Shown piece by piece: positions 25,222 through 33,797 of a stretch of 60,248 nt of DNA (its first letter is position 1; every line of letters begins with the position of its first letter). A program made the position numbers and the translations under genes. The DNA is from Candidatus Magasanikiibacteriota bacterium. GTDB lineage: Bacteria; Patescibacteriota; Patescibacteriia; Magasanikbacterales; GWA2-37-8. Where the stretch lies: the NCBI GenBank assembly GCA_016189025.1, contig JACPGS010000012.1, positions 1 through 60,248 on the forward strand, given 5' to 3'. The notes beneath the pieces are model-generated. The model ran no database searches and was not told where the DNA came from. It worked only from the letters and a program-made list of their open reading frames with translations.

Positions 25222-26289
25222 ATGTGGCAAGAAAGATTGTCGCAACTATTCAAGCGTCGGCCGGATTTGCGGGAGCGGGTCGGCAGTCTGATTTTGGTGG
25301 ATACCCCGCGACTGGGAGTAAGCGGGGCGAACGTGGTTTTTTTAACTGACCGAGAGACGAAGCGTTTTTACGCCTTCAAGTGGGTGCCGAGCGGTCAGTC
25401 AAACCACTCCATCGCCGTGCAGACCAGGCAGCGGAAGTTCCTGGCTGGGTTGTACGGTGAACATCACCTGCCCGAAGTGCTAGCGTCAACCTCTGACGCT
25501 ATGCTGATGGAGTATGCCGGCGAAAATCTGCGTTCGCTCATCGCTGCTGGCCGGATTCCGCTCGATGCTCTGGAGCGGAGGGTTGATCGGATCTATGGGA
25601 AATTTGCCGATGTGTGGCTGGAGCGGCGGCTGCCCTACACCTCCGGGAGCCTTAAGCATCATCGGCTCGCACGCGATCCGCAGCGGCGCCTAAAGCGGAT
25701 TGAGCAAGCACTGCGAGGCATTACGTTGCACGGCCTGCCGCTCTCTGCCTACTGGCAGAGCCCCCTGTGCATCAACGACGGTGCGACCTGCCCCTCCCTA
25801 GCGCAGGTGTTCAAGGCGCTGCGCAAGGGATACGTGCCACCGCATTTCATGGTGCCCTGTCATGGCGATCCGACCGGGGATAACTTGTTGGTTGACCCGG
25901 CCAAAGAAGGACCCTGGCAGTTGATTGACTGGGAGTGGGCGGGCTGGCACGATTGGCGGGTGGTAGTTAGCTTTATGGGTGAGTGGTGGTGGTCAAACAG
26001 CACTACCGTCGCCCAGGCGACAATTGAGATTAAGAAAGGGCAGGCGGTGATCAACTATCACCTGGAGGCGCCCCCGGCCACCAGGGTAATTACCGAGTGC
26101 GCCGAGGCGTTGGCAGGGCGCATTGGCAAGCAATTCGGCGAAGCGGAATGGCGGCGCCAGTTGGCACTGCAGCGGGGGCTGCTGTTGCTTGGCGATCTGC
26201 GCTTTGTGGAGCCTCGCCGACTGCCAGTTGACCACGCGGTGGCGCTGCTCGGCCGCGGTATCGAAATCTTAGGATCCAGCCTGCAGTAG
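25222..26289 (+). CDS. Phosphotransferase (APH/choline-kinase-like protein kinase fold)
   Basis: CHGDPTGDNLLVD (HxDxxxxN) and LIDWEWAG motifs. The ATG at 25222 has the SD aagggggga upstream and is preferred over the TTG at 25180. Confidence 0.65.
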   Translation: MWQERLSQLFKRRPDLRERVGSLILVDTPRLGVSGANVVFLTDRETKRFYAFKWVPSGQSNHSIAVQTRQRKFLAGLYGEHHLPEVLASTSDAMLMEYAGENLRSLIAAGRIPLDALERRVDRIYGKFADVWLERRLPYTSGSLKHHRLARDPQRRLKRIEQALRGITLHGLPLSAYWQSPLCINDGATCPSLAQVFKALRKGYVPPHFMVPCHGDPTGDNLLVDPAKEGPWQLIDWEWAGWHDWRVVVSFMGEWWWSNSTTVAQATIEIKKGQAVINYHLEAPPATRVITECAEALAGRIGKQFGEAEWRRQLALQRGLLLLGDLRFVEPRRLPVDHAVALLGRGIEILGSSLQ

Positions 26290-26397
26290 TTTTCCGCGCC
26301 GGGCAGGCGCGGTTGGCTCATAGCGGAGAACCCCGGACGGAACATCGGCCGGGGCTTTCCTTTTTAAGGGCAGCAGCGTATACTGGTTTCCAGATTT

Positions 26398-27306
26398 ATG
26401 GATTCTTCTCTTTTACTTAAAATTGGCCGCGATATTGCCAGTGAGGCGGCGCAGGCTATTCAATCATCGGCTGTTCAGTTAGGCCGCTACACCGGCATAA
26501 TCGGCAAAAGCGGCGACCGCACCAAGCGCGGCGACTGGCTGGTGGAAGAGGCGCTGCGCCAGATTGTGCCCCGCGTCTTGCAGCAGTCTCGCTGCCCGGG
26601 GGCAGTAATCATTTGCGAAGAAACTGGATATTGGACCGTGGGCGACCCGGCGGCTTCGGAGGCGATTTTTTTAATTATTGATCCGGTGGACGGTTCCAAC
26701 AATTTGCGTCCGCACCCTACGCCGCGCCCCTTTGTTGCTTTTTCTATCGCCCTTGGCCTGCTCGCCGCGGCGCGTCAACCGGGGAATTTTGCCGCCGTGT
26801 CCGCCGGAGTGATTCGCGATATCTTTCATGATGAAGAATACTATGCCTCCCGCGGGGGCGGCGCCTGGTTAAACGGCGCTCGTTTGCATAGTTCGCCGGT
26901 AACCGAGCTCGCCGAGGCATTTATCGGCATGAGTTTAGACCGGTCAGGAGAACGCTTACAGACCATGCTCCAGGCTGGCCTGCTTGATTTGTTGCTTCAG
27001 ACTAGCCGCCAGCGCCGTCTTGGTCTCTCTACTCTGGATCTCTGTCGGGTGGCCAGTGGCGACTACGACGCCCAGGTCAGCTTAAGCGGCGATGCTAAGG
27101 TGCACGACCTGGCTGCGGCCCGATTAATAGTGGAAGAGGCAGGCGGCTGTTTACTTCTCGGTCGTAATAATCAGCCGGTCAATGACGATCAGGTGCTGGC
27201 CCAGGTCTTATCGCCCGGCAGCAATTTATCTGCCGTCGGTTTCCAGTTTCTAGCGTCCGGGAATGAAGCATTGTTAGCGAAACTGCGGGCGATATTAGGC
27301 TGGTGA
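26398..27306 (+). CDS. Inositol monophosphatase / FBPase family protein
   Basis: EETGYW.., LIIDPVDGSNN, ..DLAAARLIVEEAGG match IMPase family motifs. Confidence 0.75.
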   Translation: MDSSLLLKIGRDIASEAAQAIQSSAVQLGRYTGIIGKSGDRTKRGDWLVEEALRQIVPRVLQQSRCPGAVIICEETGYWTVGDPAASEAIFLIIDPVDGSNNLRPHPTPRPFVAFSIALGLLAAARQPGNFAAVSAGVIRDIFHDEEYYASRGGGAWLNGARLHSSPVTELAEAFIGMSLDRSGERLQTMLQAGLLDLLLQTSRQRRLGLSTLDLCRVASGDYDAQVSLSGDAKVHDLAAARLIVEEAGGCLLLGRNNQPVNDDQVLAQVLSPGSNLSAVGFQFLASGNEALLAKLRAILGW

Positions 27307-27314
27307 TCCCTATT

Positions 27315-27938
27315 CTACTTTTTACCTGGTGCAACGGGCGTTAAAGCAGCCGCGCCCAGCTCTTTGAATATTGGTTTCAGGTGAGGCCCGAACAGCGGCT
27401 CGTTCAGCAACTCTTCCCAGGAATATTCCTTAAAATAGTCTACCTCCTGCAAATCCGGCCGCGGCGCGGCGCGAAAGCGGTTGGCAAACAAGTACCAGTA
27501 ATGATGGGGCGCGCCGTATCGGCAGGGGTAGTTGGTAATCAGCCCTTCCCACCGCGGCTGGTAATTGGGCAGCGCCAGCCCGGTTTCCTGCTGCACTTCG
27601 CGCTGCAGCGCCTCCAGCGTAGTTTCGTTACTGCGCACATGGCCGGCGATCACGTCAATAATCTGGGGATAGGTGCGTTTTTTCATCAGCAGATATTTGC
27701 CGGTGGTTTCATTTTGCAACAGCGCGCCGACCGTAAAGTGCTGCATCCCTCCCCGGTGCCAGACCGTTTTGAACAGCGGATCAATTTTCAGCACCAGCCC
27801 GTCGGTGGTACGGCAGTTCAAGCAATGGAATAAAATTTGCTGCGGGCCGATGATTCTTTGCGGGTTAGGAGTAAGGCAATAGAAACAGTAGCTCCCGGGC
27901 GGGAGGTTTTTAATTTGCTCTTTAGTGTGATAGTGCAT
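27315..27938 (-). CDS. NUDIX hydrolase with N-terminal Cys4 zinc-ribbon-like segment
   Basis: Nudix box AGHVRSNETTLEALQREVQQETGL. N-terminal CFYC..CLNC. Confidence 0.75.
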   Translation of the reverse strand: MHYHTKEQIKNLPPGSYCFYCLTPNPQRIIGPQQILFHCLNCRTTDGLVLKIDPLFKTVWHRGGMQHFTVGALLQNETTGKYLLMKKRTYPQIIDVIAGHVRSNETTLEALQREVQQETGLALPNYQPRWEGLITNYPCRYGAPHHYWYLFANRFRAAPRPDLQEVDYFKEYSWEELLNEPLFGPHLKPIFKELGAAALTPVAPGKK

Positions 27939-28006
27939 AACGTAATTTGAGCTGCCGAGCTACCTTAACATGCGCCGGCCAAAAATACAATGGCTAATGG
28001 CTAACG

Positions 28007-28035
28007 GGTTGACGAGAGTAAGGCCGCCTGGTAAG
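28007..28035 (+). promoter_or_regulatory. Promoter candidate for glpX (coordinates about +/-2)
   Basis: gggTTGACG, 17 nt, TAAGAT, only about 12 nt before the ATG at 28048, so the leader would be very short. Confidence 0.4.
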
Positions 28036-28047
28036 ATATTCAATACT

Positions 28048-28998
28048 ATGGATCGCAATTTAGCCCTGGAATTCGTTCGCGTTACCGAAGCGGCGGCCAT
28101 TGCCGCGGCCCGCTGGATGGGGCGGGGCGACAAAAATGCCGCGGATCAGGCCGCGGTGGACGAAATGCGGGCGCGGCTCAACCAGATTGAATTTTTCGGC
28201 AAAATTGTCATTGGCGAAGGCACCAAAGACCAGGCGCCGCAGCTCTATATCGGTGAAAAAGTAGGCAAGCTTGAGGTTTGTCCGACTTGTCTGGATATTG
28301 CCGTGGACCCGCTGGAGTGCACGGATTCGGTGGCCAACGGCCGGCCCAACGCCATTACCGTGATTGCCACCGGGGCGCCCGGGTCGCTGTTTCACGCGCC
28401 GGACATGTACATGGATAAAATTGCCTGCGGGCCCAAGGCCAAAGGCGCCATCAGCCTGGACAAATCAGTAAAAGAAAATTTAACGGCCGTGGCCGGGCGG
28501 TTAGCGAAGGATGTTTCTGAATTAGTGGTGATGCTGTTAGATCGGCCGCGCCACGAAAATTTAATTAAAGAAATCCGCGCCGCCGGCGCGCGCGTGCAGT
28601 TGATTACCGACGGCGACGTAGCCGGCGCCATTGCGCCTTCGCTCCCCGATTCTGGCATTGATCTGCTCTACAACACGGGTGCGAGCGCCGAGGCGGTGCT
28701 GGCGGCGGTGGCCATCAAATGCCTGGGAGGCGATTTTCAAGCGCGCCTGAAGCCCAAAGACGAGGCACAGCGGGCCGAGCTCAAGCAAATGGGCGTTACT
28801 GATATCAATAAAATTTTGACGATTGAAGATTTGGCCAAAGGAGAAGACTTGACCTTTACCGCCACCGGCGTAATTGACGGGCCGCTCCTCAAAGGGGTGC
28901 GCTATACCGCTGATTATTGTCTGACCCATTCCGTAGTGATGCGGGTAAAGAGCGGCACGGTGCGGTTTATTGAAACCCAGCATAAACTTAAAAGCTAG
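28048..28998 (+). CDS. glpX: Class II fructose-1,6-bisphosphatase
   Basis: MDRNLALEFVRVTEAAAIAAARWMGRGDKNAADQAAVDEMR is a canonical GlpX N-terminus. Confidence 0.9.
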   Translation: MDRNLALEFVRVTEAAAIAAARWMGRGDKNAADQAAVDEMRARLNQIEFFGKIVIGEGTKDQAPQLYIGEKVGKLEVCPTCLDIAVDPLECTDSVANGRPNAITVIATGAPGSLFHAPDMYMDKIACGPKAKGAISLDKSVKENLTAVAGRLAKDVSELVVMLLDRPRHENLIKEIRAAGARVQLITDGDVAGAIAPSLPDSGIDLLYNTGASAEAVLAAVAIKCLGGDFQARLKPKDEAQRAELKQMGVTDINKILTIEDLAKGEDLTFTATGVIDGPLLKGVRYTADYCLTHSVVMRVKSGTVRFIETQHKLKS

Positions 28999-29015
28999 AA
29001 AAATAAGAAAATTTT

Positions 29016-30038
29016 ATGGATATTTCACAACTGCAATCCGTCGCCCGTTCCCTGGTCGCTCCGGGCAAAGGGATTTTGGCTGCCGATGAAAGCAGCGGCA
29101 CGATTAAAAAACGGTTTGATAAAATCGGCGTGGAGTCTACCGAAGCAAACCGCCAGGCGTATCGGGAGTTGCTGTTTACCACGCCGGGGATCGGCCAATA
29201 TATCAGCGGAGTTATCCTTTACGATGAAACCATCCGGCAGTCGGCCAAAGACGGGCGGACGTTTGTGCAGGCGTTAAATGATCAAGGCATCATTCCTGGG
29301 ATTAAAGTTGACAAGGGAACGGTGGCCTTGCCCTTTTCCCCGGAAGAAAAAATGACCGAAGGGCTGGATGGTTTGCGCCAGCGACTGGAAGAGTACGTAA
29401 AACTTGGGGCGAAGTTTGCCAAGTGGCGCGGCGTGATTACCATTAAAGGCACCGCATTACCGACCGCGAACTGCCTCCATGCCAATGCGTACGCGCTCGC
29501 CGTATACGCCGCCCTTTGCCAAGAAGCGGGTTTAGTGCCGATAGTTGAGCCGGAAGTATTGATGGACGGGAACCATAGCCTAGAGCGCTGCTACGAAGTT
29601 ACTAGGGGCACCTTGAAGCATGTTTTTGAAGGTTTAAGAATGAACGGCGTTCACCTGTCGGGCATGCTGTTAAAGCCGAATATGGTGATTGCCGGCAAGG
29701 AAGCGCCAGCTCAAGCTACGCCCCCGCAGGTGGCGGAGCAAACGGTGCAATGCTTTGTCAAAATTATCCCAGCGGAAGTCCCCGGCCTGGTTTTTTTGTC
29801 AGGAGGCCAAAGCGAAAAGGAAGCCTGCGCTAACTTGAACGCGATGAATATACCAGGGGCGCCGGCGCATCCTTGGGAATTGAGTTTTTCTTATGGCCGC
29901 GCTCTACAGTCGTCGGCGCTGGAGGCGTGGGGCGGTAAAGCGGAAAACGTTGCTAAAGCGCAGGAGGTTTTTGCTCATCGTGCCAAGCTAGTGAGCGCCG
30001 CGCGATCGGGGATTTATCAGCCGGCGTTAGAGCAGTAA
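29016..30038 (+). CDS. Class I fructose-bisphosphate aldolase
   Basis: GKGILAADESSGTIKKRFDKIG..LLKPNMV..FLSGGQS match class I (Schiff-base) aldolase motifs. Confidence 0.9.
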   Translation: MDISQLQSVARSLVAPGKGILAADESSGTIKKRFDKIGVESTEANRQAYRELLFTTPGIGQYISGVILYDETIRQSAKDGRTFVQALNDQGIIPGIKVDKGTVALPFSPEEKMTEGLDGLRQRLEEYVKLGAKFAKWRGVITIKGTALPTANCLHANAYALAVYAALCQEAGLVPIVEPEVLMDGNHSLERCYEVTRGTLKHVFEGLRMNGVHLSGMLLKPNMVIAGKEAPAQATPPQVAEQTVQCFVKIIPAEVPGLVFLSGGQSEKEACANLNAMNIPGAPAHPWELSFSYGRALQSSALEAWGGKAENVAKAQEVFAHRAKLVSAARSGIYQPALEQ

Positions 30039-30039
30039 T

Positions 30040-31053
30040 ATGCGGCCTCTGCGCATTGCCATTAACGGTTTTGGCCGGATGGGGAGGATTTTTACCCGCG
30101 TGGCGTGGGGGAATCCGGCGTTTGAGATTGCGGCCATCAACAGCCGCTCCGGCGCCGACATGTATGCGCATTTGTTAAAATACGACTCTATCTACGGGCC
30201 GTGGGAGCGAGCAGTAGGGTTCGTAGATAATAGCGCGCTTACTATTGATGGCGCTGCCGTCCCCCTGCACCACGAAGATGAGCTGCAGCAGGCGCCCTGG
30301 GGGGCTTACAACATTGACGTGGTGATTGAGTCCACCGGCGTGTTCCGCGACCGCAGCGCCAGCGAAAAACATTTAGGCGCCGGGGCGCGCTATGTAGTAA
30401 TTACGGCGCCGGCCAAAGACGAAGACATTACGCTCATCTACGGCATTAATCACGCTCAATTTAATCCGACCCTCCATAAAATTATTTCCGCCGCCTCCTG
30501 CACTACCACTGCCCTGGCTCCGGTCGTCCAAACCCTGCAGCGCCGGTTCGGCGTGCGCCACGGCACGGTTACCACCACCCACGCTTATACTAACGATCAG
30601 CATTTGGTAGACGCGCCGCACCAAGGCAAAAGTTTTCGCCGCTCCCGCGCCGCGGCGATGTCTATCATTCCCACTTCTACCGGCGCCGCCAAGACCACGG
30701 CTAAAGTCATTCCCGAACTGGCCGGCAAACTGGACGGCAATGCCCTGCGCGTGCCAGTAGCGGTGCCGTCCATTTTAAGTTTTATTGCCGAGGTGGAGCG
30801 TTCCACGAACGTCGCGGCAGTTAACGAAGCATTCCGGGAGGCCGCGGCCGAGTATCCGGGGAATCTGGCGGTTTGCGATATCGGTTTAGTTTCCGCTGAT
30901 TATATCCGCAGTCCCTATGGGGCGACGATCGACTCGCTTTCTACCCTGGTCACCGACGGCACCCAGGTGTTTGTGCAGGCCTGGTATGATAATGAGTGGG
31001 GGTATGTAACCCAATTGTCACGGCTGGTGGAGTATTTGGGGACGCAGATTTAG
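30040..31053 (+). CDS. gap: Glyceraldehyde-3-phosphate dehydrogenase
   Basis: RIAINGFGRMGR.., active-site SAASCTTTALAP, WYDNEWGY. Confidence 0.95.
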   Translation: MRPLRIAINGFGRMGRIFTRVAWGNPAFEIAAINSRSGADMYAHLLKYDSIYGPWERAVGFVDNSALTIDGAAVPLHHEDELQQAPWGAYNIDVVIESTGVFRDRSASEKHLGAGARYVVITAPAKDEDITLIYGINHAQFNPTLHKIISAASCTTTALAPVVQTLQRRFGVRHGTVTTTHAYTNDQHLVDAPHQGKSFRRSRAAAMSIIPTSTGAAKTTAKVIPELAGKLDGNALRVPVAVPSILSFIAEVERSTNVAAVNEAFREAAAEYPGNLAVCDIGLVSADYIRSPYGATIDSLSTLVTDGTQVFVQAWYDNEWGYVTQLSRLVEYLGTQI

Positions 31054-31100
31054 TAGATTACATATTTGTTTGATTTAACTTAAAGGCTGGGGATCCCTCG

Positions 31101-31117
31101 TCCCGACTTAGTCGGGA
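31101..31117. repeat. cccgacttagtcggg short palindromic hairpin (gap terminator region)
   Basis: tcccgacttagtcggga nested in atccctcg..ctcgggat. Confidence 0.6.
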
Positions 31118-31124
31118 CTCGGGA

Positions 31125-31162
31125 TAATTCTCTATTCTGGCATATGCCAGAATAGAGAATTA
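31125..31162. promoter_or_regulatory. 38-bp perfect palindrome upstream of the TrmB-family regulator (operator candidate)
   Basis: taattctctattctggcat|atgccagaatagagaatta. All 19 positions on each arm were verified complementary by hand. Confidence 0.45.
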
Positions 31163-31175
31163 GTTATCCACAGGT

Positions 31176-31210
31176 AGCTGTCAGAAAAAACTTGACAGCT
31201 TTTTTATTTT
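31176..31210 (+). terminator. Hairpin plus T-run
   Basis: agctgtca-gaaaaaact-tgacagct followed by tttttatttt. It also contains a TTGACA hexamer. Confidence 0.45.
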
Positions 31211-31285
31211 GTTTTAAGCTATAGTAAGCAAAAAATAAAGGTACTTTTTTACAGTAAGTTTATTAAAAATTGTCAAAAGGAGGAT

Positions 31286-32026
31286 ATGGTTACCAGTATC
31301 AGCATCTTCAAAAAGCTCGGTTTTTCCGAAAAAGAAGCCCAAACCTACCTTGCCCTGCTCATGTTGGGGCCCTCATCGGTCAGGAATCTCGCAAAAAAGG
31401 TAGAGCTTAACCGGAGCACGGTATATGAAGTGTTAAAAGGTTTGCGCGAGCGGGGGCTGGTCAGTTTTTACGAAAAAGAGGCCAAACAGTACTTTGTGGC
31501 CGAAGATCCGGGTAAGCTCCATGAATTAGTGGCCGAGCAGAAAGATAATCTGACCGCCGTGGAGCGGGAGTTAAAGCAAGCAGTAGCCGAGCTGAAATCC
31601 CTGCATGATGCGGGCGGGGCGCGGCCGGTGGCGCGCTATTACGAGAAAGGGGAAATCCGCGCCATTCTGGAGCACGTGCTCTCTACCTGCGAGCGCGTCG
31701 GCGAGCTGCAGTATCGGGTATATTCGGACGCTAACATCCGCGAGTATCTGTATGCCGGGTTTGAGTCATTCAGCGATGCGCGGGTGGGCAAAGGAATTAA
31801 AGTGAAAGTAATTGCGCTCGGCGGCGGCGGCGAATTGCGCGGCCTGGATGAGCGCAAGTATTTATTCGTAAAAAATCATACCCCCACTTATATTCTGATT
31901 TATCCCGGCCATACCGCTTACATTTCTTTAAATCCCCACGGCGACCTGGTGGGGGTAGTGATTGAAAACGACGGCATTGCCGAAACGCAAAAAAACATTT
32001 TTGATGCGTTATGGGAGAAGCTTTAA
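31286..32026 (+). CDS. TrmB-family sugar-responsive transcriptional regulator
   Basis: FKKLGFSEKEAQTYLALLMLGPSSVRNLAKKVELNRSTVYEVLKGLRERGLVSF matches the TrmB N-terminal wHTH. Confidence 0.8.
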   Translation: MVTSISIFKKLGFSEKEAQTYLALLMLGPSSVRNLAKKVELNRSTVYEVLKGLRERGLVSFYEKEAKQYFVAEDPGKLHELVAEQKDNLTAVERELKQAVAELKSLHDAGGARPVARYYEKGEIRAILEHVLSTCERVGELQYRVYSDANIREYLYAGFESFSDARVGKGIKVKVIALGGGGELRGLDERKYLFVKNHTPTYILIYPGHTAYISLNPHGDLVGVVIENDGIAETQKNIFDALWEKL

Positions 32027-32049
32027 TTTTGATAAATTAGTCGCTCAAT

Positions 32050-32691
32050 ATGTTTATTATCGACTTTGACGACACCCTGTTTGACACTTTCCGCTGGAAA
32101 CAAGCGCGCTTCCTGCCCTTAGAGCGTTTGGGAATCCCGCGCGAGCTGATTCAGGAAACTTACCGGCAGATTAGGGCGCGCACTGATATCGGCTACACCA
32201 ACGAGCGCCATGCCCTGGCCCTGGCCGATTACGGCTATGATATTCCTGCCATCCTGCATGCTTTTGACGAAACCACCACGGTCCGGGCGCTGCGGCAGTT
32301 TGTGTTTAGCGATGCGGTGCCGTTTTTAACTGATTTGCGCGGCCGCGGGGAGCGGCTGGCGCTTTTGAGCATCGGCGACTCCCTGTTCCAGCAGCTTAAG
32401 GTGAAAGGTTGCGGGCTGGAGCGTTATTTCCAGGAAGTAAGTTTTATTCAAAAAGAAAAAGAGCGGGTAGTGCGGGAATTTTCTTCTTTAAACGAGACCA
32501 GCGAACCCCTGTGGTTTATTAACAATCGCGTGGCCGAAACGCAGGCGGTGCTCGCTAAAGTTCCGACCGTGCGGGCGGTGCTAAAGACCAGCCCCGACGA
32601 GCCAGTTGCGGGCTATGCGGCTAGCGGCTTGCCTTACTTTAATACCTTAACGGAAATTGGCGAGTATGTCCGCCGTGAATCGGGACGCTAG
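32050..32691 (+). CDS. HAD-superfamily hydrolase
   Basis: MFIIDFDDTLFDT matches HAD motif I (DxDxT). Confidence 0.7.
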   Translation: MFIIDFDDTLFDTFRWKQARFLPLERLGIPRELIQETYRQIRARTDIGYTNERHALALADYGYDIPAILHAFDETTTVRALRQFVFSDAVPFLTDLRGRGERLALLSIGDSLFQQLKVKGCGLERYFQEVSFIQKEKERVVREFSSLNETSEPLWFINNRVAETQAVLAKVPTVRAVLKTSPDEPVAGYAASGLPYFNTLTEIGEYVRRESGR

Positions 32692-33442
32692 AGTCGGGAT
32701 AGTAATTCTGGCCGCCGGAGAGGGCAAGCGGATGGGAAGTACCATCCCCAAAGTGATGCAGACCCTGCGGGGGAAACCGCTAGTTGAATATGTAGTACAG
32801 GCGGCCGAGGGGTCAGCTTTAGGCGGGAAGCCGGTAGTGGTAGTGGGGGCAAGGAACACGGCAGTTCAGGATTATCTTCGGGAGCGGGCGGAGTATGCCG
32901 TGCAAACCGAACAGTTGGGCACCGGGCACGCGGTGGCCACGACCGAGAATCAGTTAACCGGCAAAGCGGATCAGCTGGTAGTGTTGTATGGCGACATGCC
33001 TTTTATTACCAGCGATTCAATTATCCGGCTAGTTGCCGAGCACCGGCAGCAGAATAATACCGTTACTTTTATGACCATTAATGTTCCGGATTTTAGCGGC
33101 GGGCGGCAGTATTTTTATGATTTTAGCCGCGTGGTGCGCGATGCGGCGGGGAAAATTGTCAAAGACGTGCAGCGGAAAGATGCGAGCCCTGCGGAGCTAA
33201 AAATTCGGGAGCTCAATACTTGTTACTTCTGTTTTCGCGCTAATTGGTTATGGGACAATCTGCGTATGCTACAAAATAACAATGCGCAACGAGAATATTA
33301 TCTGACCGATTTGATCAATTTAGCGATTCACGCTGGCGAGCGGGTGGGAACTCTGGCAGTTCCCGAACTAGAAGCCGTGGGCGTGAATACGCCCGAGCAT
33401 TTAGAGTGGGCGCAGAGTTTGTCAGATATCCCCGCCCAATAA
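32666..33442 (+). CDS. GlmU-like sugar-1-phosphate nucleotidyltransferase (N-terminal domain only)
   Basis: VGIVILAAGEGKRMGSTIPKVMQTLRGKPLVEYV..LGTGHAV..VVLYGDMPFIT matches the GlmU pyrophosphorylase domain. The protein ends at about 259 aa with no left-handed beta-helix acetyltransferase domain. Confidence 0.75.
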   Translation: MSAVNRDARVGIVILAAGEGKRMGSTIPKVMQTLRGKPLVEYVVQAAEGSALGGKPVVVVGARNTAVQDYLRERAEYAVQTEQLGTGHAVATTENQLTGKADQLVVLYGDMPFITSDSIIRLVAEHRQQNNTVTFMTINVPDFSGGRQYFYDFSRVVRDAAGKIVKDVQRKDASPAELKIRELNTCYFCFRANWLWDNLRMLQNNNAQREYYLTDLINLAIHAGERVGTLAVPELEAVGVNTPEHLEWAQSLSDIPAQ

Positions 33443-33469
33443 ATCAACCGGGTTGATTTATTGGGCGGG
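33431..33469. other. 17-bp-stem hairpin enclosing the glmU-like stop codon
   Basis: cccgcccaataaatcaa-ccggg-ttgatttattgggcggg. No T-run follows. Confidence 0.5.
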
Positions 33470-33537
33470 TAGCCAACGAGTGCGTGGCGCTGGTGCCAAC
33501 GCGCCGTGGGCTCCCTAAACTAGCCGGAGGTGAAAAG

Positions 33538-33717
33538 ATGTCGACCCCGATGGATGATCCCGATGATCATGATCGTTCTCCCGCGTCGGAACCCCCGCCG
33601 GCGCCCGATTCCGCGGCGCCGAATCCCCCGCCCCAAGCTGCCGTGTCCTCTCCTCCGCCGTTGCCCCCCGGGGCGCGCGAGCGTTACGCCCTCGACGGCG
33701 TTAACGCCGACGAGTGA
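33538..33717 (+). CDS. Small acidic, proline-rich hypothetical protein
   Basis: ATG preceded by the SD ggaggtgaaaag. MSTPMDDPDDHDRSPASEPPPAPDSAAPNPPPQ... A hairpin follows at 33737-33767. Confidence 0.45.
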   Translation: MSTPMDDPDDHDRSPASEPPPAPDSAAPNPPPQAAVSSPPPLPPGARERYALDGVNADE

Positions 33718-33736
33718 CGGCTCCGGCCCCTTCTCG

Positions 33737-33767
33737 GCGCTGAACCCGACCTAGTCGGGTTCAGCGC
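33737..33767 (+). terminator. Hairpin (cccgacctagtcggg variant)
   Basis: ggcgctgaacccgac-cta-gtcgggttcagcgcc. Confidence 0.5.
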
Positions 33768-33797
33768 CGCCTCCCCTATCATTCAAATTATTTTCCT

